The notes below the pieces were generated by a model, which saw nothing but the letters and a program-made list of their open reading frames with translations, did no database searches and was not told the DNA's origin. A stretch of 64,000 bases of DNA from Curvularia clavata. Lineage: Eukaryota. The translations under genes and the position numbers were made by a program. The stretch is taken from contig CP089274.1 of NCBI GenBank assembly GCA_023920165.1, positions 496,001 through 560,000 of the forward strand, read 5' to 3'. Below, one piece after another: positions 52,432-64,000 of this stretch. Each line of letters begins with the position of its first letter. Within the stretch, counting starts at the first letter, position 1.

Positions 52432-53348
52432 GGCTGCGTATGGTTAATAAGTCAATGAGGTCGACCCAGTGAGGAAATCGACTTGAGGAAGAAGTAACGA
52501 TGAGTCCAGAAACAGTGTAGCCCGCTAGCTTTTGATGAGGCCGAATTGGAACACAGTTACTAAAAATGCTAATTTCATCTGATTTATACGAAATGCCGAG
52601 CGCGGCTAAGTGCCACTGAGCTGCTGTTAGGGTGATGAGATTCCACGGAATACAGGGAATGAATATAGGGCTAGATTCGCCAGAACCTTGCAGCGGACAA
52701 CAATGCATGGATTGTTCACTGTCGAGATCCAATGAATGAACGGGTTGATACGCCGCAACAACAGTCTAGGCGTGAATGAGAGTCAATTACCGCGGAGCTC
52801 GCCACTCAAGCACCTCTCAAAGCGGCGTGCCAAGTTGCATCCACGGCCAACAGGAAACTGAATCGGGCAAAGACTGATACTGGGGGGATGTGGGGGCTGG
52901 CATTCGGACGCAGGGGGAATCGCATGCCTGCTCGAGACTTGTCGCGTAACTTGGAAGTGGCCGAGAACGGATAATGACAGGTATGTGCAGTGTACATTAC
53001 TTCGAGCGACACTGGGGACTGCATGGCTTTTTGTTTCATATAGTCGAGAGACTGACAAAGAGCATGGCAGCTGTATACTGCTGGCGAAGGACTGCTGCGT
53101 GATGATGGCTTCTCTTACTATGGACTATCTAAGCACGGCCCTCCACCACATTGGGTACTCGCCCGTCCTGATAGGTGTATCCACTACTGCAATCTTCCCA
53201 TCGCTTCGAGCGATCGGCTGCAGCCGCAATCACAACTGGAGCATCCGAGCCGAACCGACTGTCAACTATAGTCGCCCCATCAATCACACGGGAAGCCTTG
53301 CCCTTGCCGATATGGGCGGCCGGCCGACCATCACTTCCGAGCTTTACT

Positions 53349-53733
53349 TTACCAGCACTCATCAAGATTCGTCTGCAAAAGAACAAGCAGTCATAATGTT
53401 CAAAACAGACATCATTACAGCTTTCCTACCTGTATAAGCTGCTCAGGGACTTGGATGATCTAGTTGTTATGCATCATCTGCGGTGGATCAGCGAAGCGCA
53501 ACCACGCCGCATTCCAGGTGAACGCCCACATGTATCTTGAACTTTGGGCCAGAATCAGAAGCAAACTTCAACTTCAGCTGCTCTGTTAAATTCTCTGGAT
53601 CGATATCATTGACACCAACAATGTGTATGTCAGGCTCCGGAGACGGTGATGCGGATATCTGTTCTGGATGTTTTTGCTGTTGTCTCGAAGTATTCGCGAA
53701 ACGCTCCCAAAGCGTTTTCGTTAGCCTTTCCAT
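53349..53733 (-). pseudogene. Small 3-exon gene (~91 codons) with an in-frame TAG at 53460-53462 (pseudogene, truncated allele or recoded)
   Basis: MERLTKTLWERF...IDPENLTEQLKLKF...FKIH | intron 53478-53529 | MMHNN*IIQVPEQLIQ | intron 53373-53429 | TNLDECW*. Both introns are canonical GT..AG and phase 0. Confidence 0.55.
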
Positions 53734-54378
53734 TGTACTGCAATTAAATTGCTCTACTCCTAAACTCAGTAATGGTCCTGAAGACTGATCATAGATTTGG
53801 GTCACTTCCCCGTCAGCCAAAGTCCATATTGAAGCGCCAATCATGGTCATGCCCCAGACACCCACAAGGTTAAAGCTGAAACCTCGCACTGACCCGGAAC
53901 AGTGATAGCCTAACTTTTTTCAGTCCTATAATCCCTACGCGACACGCGATACGAGGTGGCGTAGGTCCCTGTCTCTTACATCGAGGCTACAGCGAGTAGG
54001 TCTGCCATCTCAAATTGCTGCTGTTGATGTTCTACAGCTTCAAGGGAACGAATATTATGTCGCATGTTCTCAATGAATCCTGTGTATCAAGAGCATCTCC
54101 AGGCAATATCTTGTTCATTCTAGGTATTATAAGAGCATCAGGAGCTTTTTTCCACCAGCACATGAGTGTCAGCCTTGCGGTCTACCTCGTCGCTGTTACA
54201 AGGATGTCACAGCTGTGCGTTTCGGACCCCACACTTTAGTTCAGTATTAGAACTTTTGGAGGGCATCAAGTCTGTCATATTCAGCATAGCTACTGTTAAC
54301 TAATTCCTGGACTGCAATCTTGCCTGAGGCGTAGTTTGGTTGCTCCCCCGACTGAGATAATGTAATACGGCCCACACC

Positions 54379-56718
54379 ATGGACATCGGATCAACCATAT
54401 CGGCGAAGAACTTACCTGAAAGAAATACACCATCACCTAAAAGTCATCGTACCCAACTTCTGAAAGAGACTAGGCTAGTGAGGGTGCAATCAACGAGTGC
54501 TTTTTGCACCGCTGAACGAAACACTGCGCTCACCCCAGCCAACCATCAAGGTGCACATCCATTGTGGCAAAGTAAACGCAAATAATCTAACTTTCTGAAA
54601 CAGATCCGAAGCGAACATTACAGCCGAAAAGTGAACATATACTCAACTTTAGAGGCGACCGTCTTACTAGTAATTCACTTGGCAGCGTACATGTGCCAAA
54701 GAGACATTCAGTAAATTCCACGATCGGTACCACAATCGGGAATGAAACAATTGGGGGAAACGAAAGCCATGACGAAATTGAACATGAAGAGCACTATGAG
54801 TTTCAGGGACCAACATCTTCCAGAACTCAAGACAACACCGTCAGTCCGGTTAAATTTGTAGGGCGATGGGCGAAAACACGTCTTCCCAGAGACGACTCAA
54901 GTTCTCAGCTGCGAAGGAGACTTTTAGAAGTTACCGTCAAAAATCATCTTCAGCAAAGGTTCATACCAGACAAAAAGCTCAGGGAGATTGTCACAGCTGA
55001 GACAGTGTGTGCGGAGCTCAAAAAATCTAACTATTCGAACCTTCGGAGGATACATGCAAGGCCAGTCACCGTCGAAGACGGAGGAGAATATCAGAAAATA
55101 CTTGCCATATTGTATCTCATCAAACTGCCATCCAAAATTCGGAAGTTTGTCAAGTACGGTGTGTGCGACAAAGACCTTCCGCTCGTGGCATGCGAGAACT
55201 CAAAGGACGCATCTTCCCCTAAGCTGAGAAGTGGACACGACTGCACAGCTCATCCTATTAGATTCAAGAGAAAAGAGTACATTCAAGATTTTCTGGACAC
55301 ACAGTGGGAAGTTCTTGCCCCCATTTTCCCATGGACTGGTGGAGACCATATTTGGCACCGCAGACTTATGCCTGAGACAATCATACCATTCATCTCTCAT
55401 GATAGAACGGCACAAGGAGGATATAGCAAGGTCCTCAAGACTAAGATCTACCCAACTCATCATCAATTCGGTAATGTGAGTTTTATCGTCCCCATTTACT
55501 TAGGTCGTATGATACTGACATGTGTATTTCACCAGGGAAACATCTTCGCCGTCAAGGTGCTAAAAGAATGTGACCAAGAAGCATTCAAGCAAGAAGCAGT
55601 CATCCTTGGCAGATTCTCAAACCCTTTGCACAGTCACAAACATTTAATCACGCTCTTAGCCACTTTTGAGCATAAAGAAATGTTTCACTTTATATTCCCT
55701 TGGGCCGAAGCTGACCTGCTGACATTCTGGAAAAAAAGGCGCGATCCTCCCAATAGCGAAAAGATGGAAACATGGATCATTGAACAATGTTATGGTCTTG
55801 CAGAAGCTCTCAATACCATAAATAGATATGAGACAATGTCAGGGACAACCCTGATCGATCATGTCTCCAAGCAGGTAGAGGGAAATGGAGAACAACGCAC
55901 CATTCAAATCGAAATCTCGAGCACCGATCACCCACTCCGCAATCTATTTGGGCGCCACGGGGACCTAAAACCGGAGAACATCCTGTGGTTCCCGTGCCCC
56001 GAGTCTCCGGGAGGTCATGGTATCCTTAAAATTACCGATTTCGGTGCGGCTCGTTTCAACACCGTCAATATATGGGACACGCGTAAAACTGGCCGCATTC
56101 CCAATTCTGCCGTCTATAGTTCCCCTGAGATAGATCTCGATGGCAGGTTGACTACTGCATGCGACGTTTGGGCTCTCGGTTGCGTCTACCTTCAGTTCAT
56201 CAGTTGGTTTTGCGGTGGCAACTCACGGCTCGAAGATTTTGGCCGGAGGCGTTTGGCCGATGATTACAAACTGGCCAACGTGCCAAATGGCACCTTCTTC
56301 AGTCTTGTTCAAGAAGGAGAGTTGATGAAGGCCATTGTTAAGCCTGCTGTTGTAGATGTAAGTTTCCGCCAACTCTTTTCTACCATCCTGATATGAACGT
56401 ATCTAGCAGCATCATAACAAAGAGCGCTAAAAGCACGTTGTCCTCTTCGCATTAATAACAGAGAAACAGGAAATTGAAAAGCTATGGAATCATCCAAGGT
56501 GTACCAAAGATTTTAAAACTCTTCTCAATATAATCCAGGAGGATATGTTGGTGGTTTATCAACAAGAAGCATCTGGTTGCCAAGAGTCGATCACGCCAGG
56601 AATTGAGAGGGTTTCCGAGTCAATACCTCCAAATGGAAGCGATACTGTTGTTAACAGAAGAAAGAGTTGTGGAAATATCTGGCGTCGAATAGGTGACATT
56701 AAAGCCACCGGCGATTGA
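54379..56718 (+). CDS. Fungal Ser/Thr protein kinase-like protein (introns ~54551-54603, 55475-55534, 56358-56469)
   Basis: QGGYSKV, FAVKVL, HGDLKPENILWF, LKITDFG, YSSPE, DVWALGC; last exon EIEKLWNHPRC...LLNIIQEDMLVV...RKSC. The first exon is uncertain. Confidence 0.85.
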
Positions 56719-57321
56719 GAAGGGGATTTCACACGACACGACATGTTTAAATCAAGATCATGCCCGGAGAACAGCCTTTCCTTTTGACCCTCAAAGGATG
56801 GCTTGAACAGCACATCGAATTTAACCAAAGTCTCTTCGTACAGCTAAGCAGAACCTGGCTGTAACAGCAATCCACGAAAGATTTATTAGGCCAGGAAACA
56901 CATTGTACCCTCTGAGCCTTTACCACGTCTCGAACATCCTACTGTTTCCACTTACACAAGCACTTCGACATAAAATATTATTTTCCAAGTTTACTTCTAG
57001 GGATGGATCAAGTTATTTTGCTTCTCATTATCATTTTCTCCGCTCTGAAATAAGCATACGAATCATCTGTGGCCTGGATAACCCAAGGAGCCCCAAACAC
57101 ACCGCATACTAGGCCTACATCAATGTGAATGAAGATATATATGGCATGGAAATGTAAAGAGACATGCTTAAGAAAGAAACACATCCAGTCTCACCAAGGC
57201 AGGGCCCGAACCAAACGAAACAAGATCCAATCACCAAGGAATTATCGAACTTCATTCTCAATTCCTCTTTCATTTTTGACTCCAGAATACCAATACATTT
57301 CTCATGTCCAATCTTTTTTTC

Positions 57322-59366
57322 TTACTCGAGCAAAAACTCCCAAAGCCCTTCACCATTGACAAAATCACCCCAGATAACATTAACCAGCCAATAGTCGCGC
57401 CTAAGCCCTCCAAGCAAAGTACTCGTTGCACTTCTCGGTGGGTAAATTCTCTGCCACTCCTGCCAAATGCTAAAGGCCTCGTCTAGCCAACTCCTAAAAC
57501 TGACTGCTTCGATGATAGTAGGCGTGACGATTTCTTTGCCAGCAAAAGTGCCCCATGTAACGGGATTCACACCATCCTCTTGACTGGCTTCAAAGTCTCC
57601 TGCGGCGTTACCGGCGAAATAGGTGACTTGGTCGTGGGCATCGAGCCTTGGTTTGAGGACAGCGAATTCGGAAGCAGGGATGAAGAACTCAACAAAGGGT
57701 TTCTGGAAAACGTAGCCGTTTTTGGGGCCCCAGCCGAAGACGGGGTCGGTGGATTTGATGCCGTTGACAGCAGGTTGCGAGGCTACTGTCCACCAGCCCT
57801 TGGCATTCAGAGCGAGCAGCTGTTTGCTGATGGTCAGGGTTTCTGGTGAAAGGCCTTGTTCGCTCCATGGTATGGCTTCAAGGTCTCCTCCAATGTGGCG
57901 GCGGAACAGGGTTGAGATGTCGTTCTTCTCAACTGGGTGACCCCAGAGCTTAAGCGCTTGCGGTGTAGAAACGTGAAGCGTTGGTCCATAGCCATCGATC
58001 TCACCAAACGCCGGAGAACGCGCATCACCCCATCGGCCGTTGGGGAAATCGTCCCAAGTTGCTTCTCGACCTAGAGATCCCTCACCTTCCGAGATTGCCA
58101 GAGTGTTTGCGCGAGTGTTGATTGGCCCTCGTGGAACTCCAGCCTCCTCTTCTGTTGCTTCATATGAGGGATTGCTCGACCGAGCAGCGGAAACATGTGA
58201 CACGATCACTCTGTTGCGTGGGCCAGAGTTGACAGCGGATGATCGACGTCGATGCGGTATGACGCCGTTGGGTGGCGGCTCCAAGTTGATGGCCGGTGTT
58301 GTTTCAACAATGACCTCATCGTCATCCTCGAACAATGTGCTAGGAATGAGGTGTGTATCTTCCAATATATGTGAGACGGCCTTTTCCAGGTTGAGCGTGT
58401 AGAAGTGAAATCCTCTCCTGCACGTATCTGGCCGGGCTTTGATGTGTTCCACCATCTCGTCCATGATCTGAACACCCACTTGCTTGACCAGTTCGTCATC
58501 ACTTTTGACTGCATCCAAACGCGCCAGAATTTCTGCAGGCAGCTTTGCGTGCGAAAGCTTGGTTGTACGAAGCAGGATCTTGTATGATTGGATTGGCATC
58601 AATCCTGGTATTATTGGTATTGTCTTGAACACGCCGCTCTCATGCTCTCTCAGCATCTTCTCAAACTTGTCGTAAGCTGAAACATCATAGAAAAGTTGAG
58701 TCATGATGAAGTCGGCGCCCGCTTTGGTCTTTTCAACAAGGTACGGTAGGTCGAACAGTGGATCTTGATGTTCGGGGTGACTCTGGTCGGAATGGCCCTC
58801 GGGATACGCGGCGACACCAATGCAAAAGTAGTCACCATACTGCTTCCGGATATACCTAACAAGGTCAATGGCCCATGTGAAGTCCTTGTTCGAGTCCTGT
58901 TCAGGTGGTGTATCCTCATCCCTGTACTCTTCACTACGAGGCGCGTCACCCCGCAGAGCAAGGATATTCCTTATTCCCAGCACCTGTGCCTGCTCCAGCG
59001 CCTCATCGATAAGCTGACGGTTCATGTTTGTGCATGTCAAGTGGAGACATGTTGTAAGGCCCAATTGGCGCTGGCAGATCTCAGCAAGTTCCAGCGACTT
59101 TGTGGCTGTTGACCCTCCAGCGCCCCAGGTGACGGTGACAAACAGAGGACGGAGTGCCTGTGACATGCGCTCTAGTCGAGTTTGGAGGTTCGCAAATCCC
59201 TGAGCCGTCGTTAACATCTGCTCAAGCCATGCCGATGCCCTTGCTTTGGCAATGGTCGCGTGCAGCGGGGCAATCTCACCATCGCCGTCTTCGGCGGAAA
59301 GAACTCGAGCGAGAAGTAATTGGCGCCATCGGGCAGCGCATTGATCTTATCCGTAATCTTCTCCAT
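57322..59366 (-). CDS. MET12: Methylenetetrahydrofolate reductase (Met12-like paralogue); intron 59200-59279
   Basis: FSLEFFPPKT, VTWGAGG, CLHLTCTN, ALRGD, AAYPEGH, IMTQLFYD, HFYTLN, ATWDDFPNGRWGDARSPAFGEIDGYG. Confidence 0.93.
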
Positions 59367-59853
59367 CGCGAAGATTGAATCGAAGGTGAGACTCAAAGTG
59401 GCGTGGCGAACGACGGTGTGTCATGGTTGCAAGTGATGAAAGAACAAAAAGTAAGGGAAAGCGCATGTGGAAGCCGCAAGTGGGGCTGGGATCGACGTCC
59501 AGGATCGTTAATCTCTATCGGCAATTGCATGCCTTCATTAGTCGGTTTCCCCTCTGTGAAGGCGTTTGTCGGGTTTCCGCATTGTATATCCTGTTTAGAA
59601 GCCTTCAGGTAATGATTTGTATTATGCAGATCGTAAGCCGAGCATAGCAGGTTTCCATAATGAGTAATGCGTCTCTGTTTGTAGGACCTCCGGAGCGGGG
59701 TACCGAATACCACATAGCATACTATTTGGCAGTGATGCGCTCAGGTAATGCCCGTCATGTATTGCTTTTCAAATTGTGGATAAGTACGGCAGATCAATTT
59801 TGAAATTACAAATAGTCATGGTATAATAAATGCAGGTGTAAGGTACCGTCGCC

Positions 59854-60975
59854 ATGCTCTCCTTACGTCTCGTTCTAACACTACTAGCATACACTATCAC
59901 GCCTGCAGCCCCGCAATCTACTGCGAACATGTCCCACCCACTACCTCGACGAATTGATGTACACTCGCATTTCCTTCCCCCGTTCTACCGGACTGCACTA
60001 GCTGAAAATGGGCACTCGAACCCTGACGGCATGCCCGCCATCCCGGAATGGTCTCTCGAACGCCATTTGGAGATGATGTCCACAGCCAATGTGTCCAAGG
60101 CCATCTTGTCCATATCTTCACCTGGAACGCACCTTGTCCCGGGGAACGAGGCATTATGTCAGTATTTAACACGCCAGTGTAATGCCTACGCCGCGGATCT
60201 CAAGAAGCAGTATCCGGATAAGTTTGGTGTATGGGCCGCACTGCCATTACCAGACATTGAGGCCAGTTTGGTGGAGATTGAAAAATGCGTCGAGGAAGGG
60301 ACCGATGGCTTCGGGCTCATGACCAACTACCATGGATATTATATCGGTGGAAAAGAGTTGGACCGTGTATTCGACAAACTCAATGAGATTGGTGCAACAA
60401 TCTTTATCCACCCTACGAAACCATGTATAAAGCATGGTAACGACACATCCACTGCACAAGCAACAGACGCGCTACCTTTCGGCGACCAATACCCCATCCC
60501 CATTTTCGAATTCCTCTTTGACACTGCGCGCGCAGTAATCAATCTCTTCAGTACGGGGACCGTGGATCGCTGCCCAAACATCAAGTTTGTCATTCCTCAC
60601 GTAGGGGGTGCGTTGCCACCCCTGATGACGCGCTTCATTCAATTTTCAAGTGTGGTTCCTGGTGGGAGAGTTTTGAATGCTTCTACGGTACAACACCAGT
60701 TCGAAACCCAGTTCTATTTTGATTTAGCTGGATTCGCATTTGACGGAGAAAGTGGCGGAAATGGACAACTGAAAGCACTCATCGAAGGATTCGACATATC
60801 GCATGAGCGGTTACTATATGGGAGCGACTTTCCCTTTACGCAAACACAGTTTGTGCAGATGTTCGCAAATCGGATGAAAGACGGCCTAGAGAATCTCTTC
60901 AGTGAAGAAGAAAGAAATGCGATTTATGAAGGCAACGCAATGAAGCTACTGAAAGAAGGTGGATATCCGAAATGA
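59854..60975 (+). CDS. Amidohydrolase_2 family non-oxidative decarboxylase (6-methylsalicylate decarboxylase/ACMSD-like); second ATG at 59929
   Basis: RIDVHSHF, ILSISSPG, FIHPT, EFLFDTARA, IPHVGGALP, FYFDLAG, LLYGSDFPFT, GNA. Confidence 0.88.
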   Translation: MLSLRLVLTLLAYTITPAAPQSTANMSHPLPRRIDVHSHFLPPFYRTALAENGHSNPDGMPAIPEWSLERHLEMMSTANVSKAILSISSPGTHLVPGNEALCQYLTRQCNAYAADLKKQYPDKFGVWAALPLPDIEASLVEIEKCVEEGTDGFGLMTNYHGYYIGGKELDRVFDKLNEIGATIFIHPTKPCIKHGNDTSTAQATDALPFGDQYPIPIFEFLFDTARAVINLFSTGTVDRCPNIKFVIPHVGGALPPLMTRFIQFSSVVPGGRVLNASTVQHQFETQFYFDLAGFAFDGESGGNGQLKALIEGFDISHERLLYGSDFPFTQTQFVQMFANRMKDGLENLFSEEERNAIYEGNAMKLLKEGGYPK

Positions 60976-61034
60976 GCTTGAAAAGGCTCGATGATGACAA
61001 CAACAAGCTCGTTTCATTTTCATTTCACCGAGGT

Positions 61035-62862
61035 CTATATGTACTTGTATGGGTTCATGATACCGTTCTGGTTGAATGTTAGTCGAGGCATAGAGCGGTT
61101 CCGTGCGAGTACCACTTACAGGATCATACAAATCCTTGATCTGCTTCATCAACTTGATCATAGTTTCACTCTTACTGTATCCAATGTATGGCTTCTTCGT
61201 CACACCCAAGCCGTGCTCGGCACTGATACTTCCGTTTCTCTTTTGTACCCACTCATAGACAAAAGGTTCAAGCGCCTTCTCCACCGTCTTGTCAAACCTT
61301 CTTACTGGGATGTTCAGGTGCAAGTTGGCGTCGCCCATATGGCCGTATCCTACGACATCAACTACTGGGTGGCTAGGATCGCTGCCGAGTAGTCCAGCCT
61401 CGGTCAAGCGATCGCGTGTCTCGTTAACCAAGTCGTAAAGCTCTGCGATAGGTATCGACAAGTCATACTTGTACACGCCGCCGTCATGACCAAGACATTC
61501 GGTGATGCCTTCACGCCATGACCAGAGCTCCTGAATTTGAGTCTGATCCTGAGCGAGAACACCGTCTGAGACGACTTCAGTCTCCATGACATGCTCTAGG
61601 AAAGTCTGCAATTTCTATAGAGGGATTAGCACTGGCTGTTTGTTTTAGGAGAAGAAGAATTTCTTACCTCGCTGTCGTGGTCTGCGTTGGAGCCGCTGGT
61701 CTCAATCAAGCAATAGAAAGGATGTTCACCTTCAAGTGGCATTTTCTTGCCAGTTACCCTGTTGACCAACTTTTGTGTGCGTCCATCCATGAGCTCGAAA
61801 GCTGACAAGATCTCAGACAGATGACCTTTAGCCTCGATATATGCCTTTTGGACCTTTTCATAGCTTTCTAGGCCAAAGTACGCGACATTGACTGCGGGCG
61901 ACCTGCGTGGGCAGATGATTGAAACCTTTGTAATGATGCCGATCGTACCCTCTCCACCAATAAAGAGCTGCTTCAGGTCGTATCCAGTGTTGTTTTTGCG
62001 AAGTGTAGAAAGATCGTCTACAACGGTGCCATCCGGAAGAACAGCCTCAAGACCCAGTACATTTCCGTGGAAACTACCATAGCGTAACAAACGAAGACCA
62101 CCAGCGTTGGTTGCTACATTACCGCCGATATAGCATGAACCCTTAGCACCTAGATCCAATGGAAAGATGTGGTTCTTCTCGGCAAGGAAGTTATCCGCAT
62201 TCTCCAGAATGACACCAGCATCAGCAACCAGGATACCGGATACTTCATCGAAAGACCTGATTTGGTTCATTTTCTGCATGTTGATAACAATCTCATCGAA
62301 AACCGGGACGGAGCCACCAACAAGGCCCGTGTTACCACCCTGTGGCACTACAGCGAGCATGTTGTCATTGCAGTATTTGAGAATCTTGCTGACCTCTTCG
62401 GTAGAGCTGGGCTTTAGGACTAGTTTGGTGTGGCCACGGAACTTGCGCATCCAATCACTGTTGAAAGGTTCGATATCTTGCGATGCGTCTTTTGAAACAC
62501 CATCGATGACAGCCGACTCCGAACCCAGCAAATCTTGAAAATATTTGACATGCTCTTCGGTGACTTGGCTGAATTTCGAGTCACGCTTGAGGTGAGGATA
62601 CCTGCCCAGCTTAGCGAAGTGTGAAAGCCTGTGCAAAGTCGAAAGCTTACGACTCCGAGGTGAATTTGATTGTTTTTGAAGACGCGGTTGGGCCCTTCAC
62701 GCCACCCTGCTCATCAGGCTGGTGAGGCTCCGAAGTCGCAGACGAGGTACCGGTCCAGCGAACTTGACTTGATGGTCTCAGACATTGGTAGCGCAATGAT
62801 GCACGGGAGGTAAGTGCACTTCGCCGCAGCGACGACGATACTAAGCGCGCCGAAGATGCCAT
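61035..62862 (-). CDS. DLD2: Mitochondrial D-2-hydroxyglutarate/D-lactate dehydrogenase (FAD-linked), 4 exons
   Basis: VPQGGNTGLVGGSVP, PLDLGAKGSCYIGGN.ATNAGG, RKNNTGYD, YKYDLS, YGHMGDANLHLN, SAEHGLG, DP|NGIMNPYKYI*. Confidence 0.93.
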
Positions 62863-63001
62863 TGCAATTAGTGTAGAAGAAAATGTGAATGATTCAAAAG
62901 TTGCCTCAGTAATACCGACAAGGATGACATAAGTGGAAAAATGACGCACGGACCCCAATCCTTGGCGGTGGTTAGGCGGGAGCATCAACGCGGCCAGCTC
63001 T

Positions 63002-63009
63002 GGAGCTCC
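63002..63009. promoter_or_regulatory. Possible Rpn4-type proteasome control element (GGAGCTCC)
   Basis: Palindromic GGAGCT core ~125 nt upstream of a proteasome subunit ATG. GGAGCT is the Rpn4-type motif described for filamentous ascomycetes, but the motif is short. Confidence 0.3.
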
Positions 63010-63128
63010 CGCGATCAGCTTGTCGCCTGTAACAACTTCCCCACCCCGCCTTCTCACTGCTGTGCCTCCTTGTCGTATTTTCGGGATATAAAAGGAAACT
63101 TATATCACAGCAAACAAATTCTCTCACA

Positions 63129-64000
63129 ATGGCGTCCGGCTACGATCGAGCTCTCTCCGGTATGAGCATATACCGACTACAGTTGGTGGTTTAGCTAACC
63201 GTGCCAGTCTTCAGTCCTGACGGTCACGTCTTCCAGGTCGAGTATGCCTTGGAAGCCGTCAAGCGAGGTGAGGCGTTGCTGGAATCTAGTTTGTAAAATC
63301 TGTCACTAATTCGCCTCCAGGAACATGTGCTGTCGGTGTCAAGGGCGCAGACATAGTAGTGCTCGGATGTGAAAAGCGATCAGCAATGAAGCTGCAAGAT
63401 ACCCGGATTACACCCTCGAAGATCTGCCTTGTCGATACCCACGTCGCTCTTGCCTTTGCCGGTCTCAACGCCGATGCCCGCATTCTGGTGGACAAGGCCC
63501 GCCTCGAAGCGCAATCACATCGTCTCACAGTCGAGGACCCCGTATCGATAGAGTACATCACAAAGTACGTTGCCGGTGTACAGCAGAGATACACGCAAAG
63601 TGGTGGTGTCCGCCCGTTCGGCATCAGCACACTCATCGTCGGTTTCGATCCTAATGACAAGACCCCGCGCCTGTACCAGACAGAGCCCTCTGGTATCTAC
63701 TCAGCATGGTATGTAATTTGACTCTGCGTGTCTGCCTACTTGTGCTAAAGACTACGATAGGAAAGCAAACGCGATTGGTCGATCAAGTAAAACAGTGCGC
63801 GAGTTCCTCGAACGCAACCACAAGGAGGGCATGGACCGGGAGGAGACGATCAAGCTGACAGTCAAGTCACTGTTGGAGGTTGTGCAGACGGGAGCGAAGA
63901 ACATTGAGATTGCCATCATGGCGCCTGGCAAGCCGATTGAGATGCTGCCTGTGGAGGACATTGAGAAGTACGTGGACAACATCAACACGGAGAAGCAAGA
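63129..64000 (+). CDS. PRE6: 20S proteasome alpha-4 subunit, 3'-truncated by the window edge
   Basis: [81 protein letters not shown]. Confidence 0.96.

Noticed and set aside
1..64000. CRISPR arrays, rRNA/tRNA, prokaryotic defence operons, NLR or amyloid-signalling motifs near the HET genes
   Set aside because: The sequence is intron-containing fungal DNA; no repeat-spacer array, RNA gene, NACHT/NB-ARC P-loop or HRAM-like repeat was recognised.

Overview
Gene-dense (~50% GC) chromosome segment of a filamentous ascomycete, with short GT-AG introns and CTAAC/CTGAC branch points. A Dothideomycete/Pleosporales origin is my inference. About 28 protein-coding genes were reconstructed by hand. Housekeeping genes: YjbQ family, complex I NDUFS6, M18 aminopeptidase, PP1 inhibitor-2, eIF4E-family, Ulp2-like SUMO protease, GGCT, PQ-loop, GCP5-like, GT15 mannosyltransferase, MTHFR, DLD2, proteasome alpha4. 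Three accessory-looking blocks interrupt them. (i) 4.8-11.3 kb: degenerate acetolactate-decarboxylase-like gene, HET-domain gene and an unknown membrane protein. (ii) 28-43 kb: tandem GH43, alkaline phosphatase, MFS, IDO and a GH18 chitinase that has lost its catalytic residues. (iii) 48.4-56.7 kb: a kinase-HET fusion head-to-head with a paralogous stand-alone kinase, with a tiny 3-exon gene between them that carries an in-frame TAG. Block iii is the best candidate for an undescribed system, a kinase-gated cell-death/allorecognition module. No rRNA, tRNA, CRISPR or transposon was recognised.
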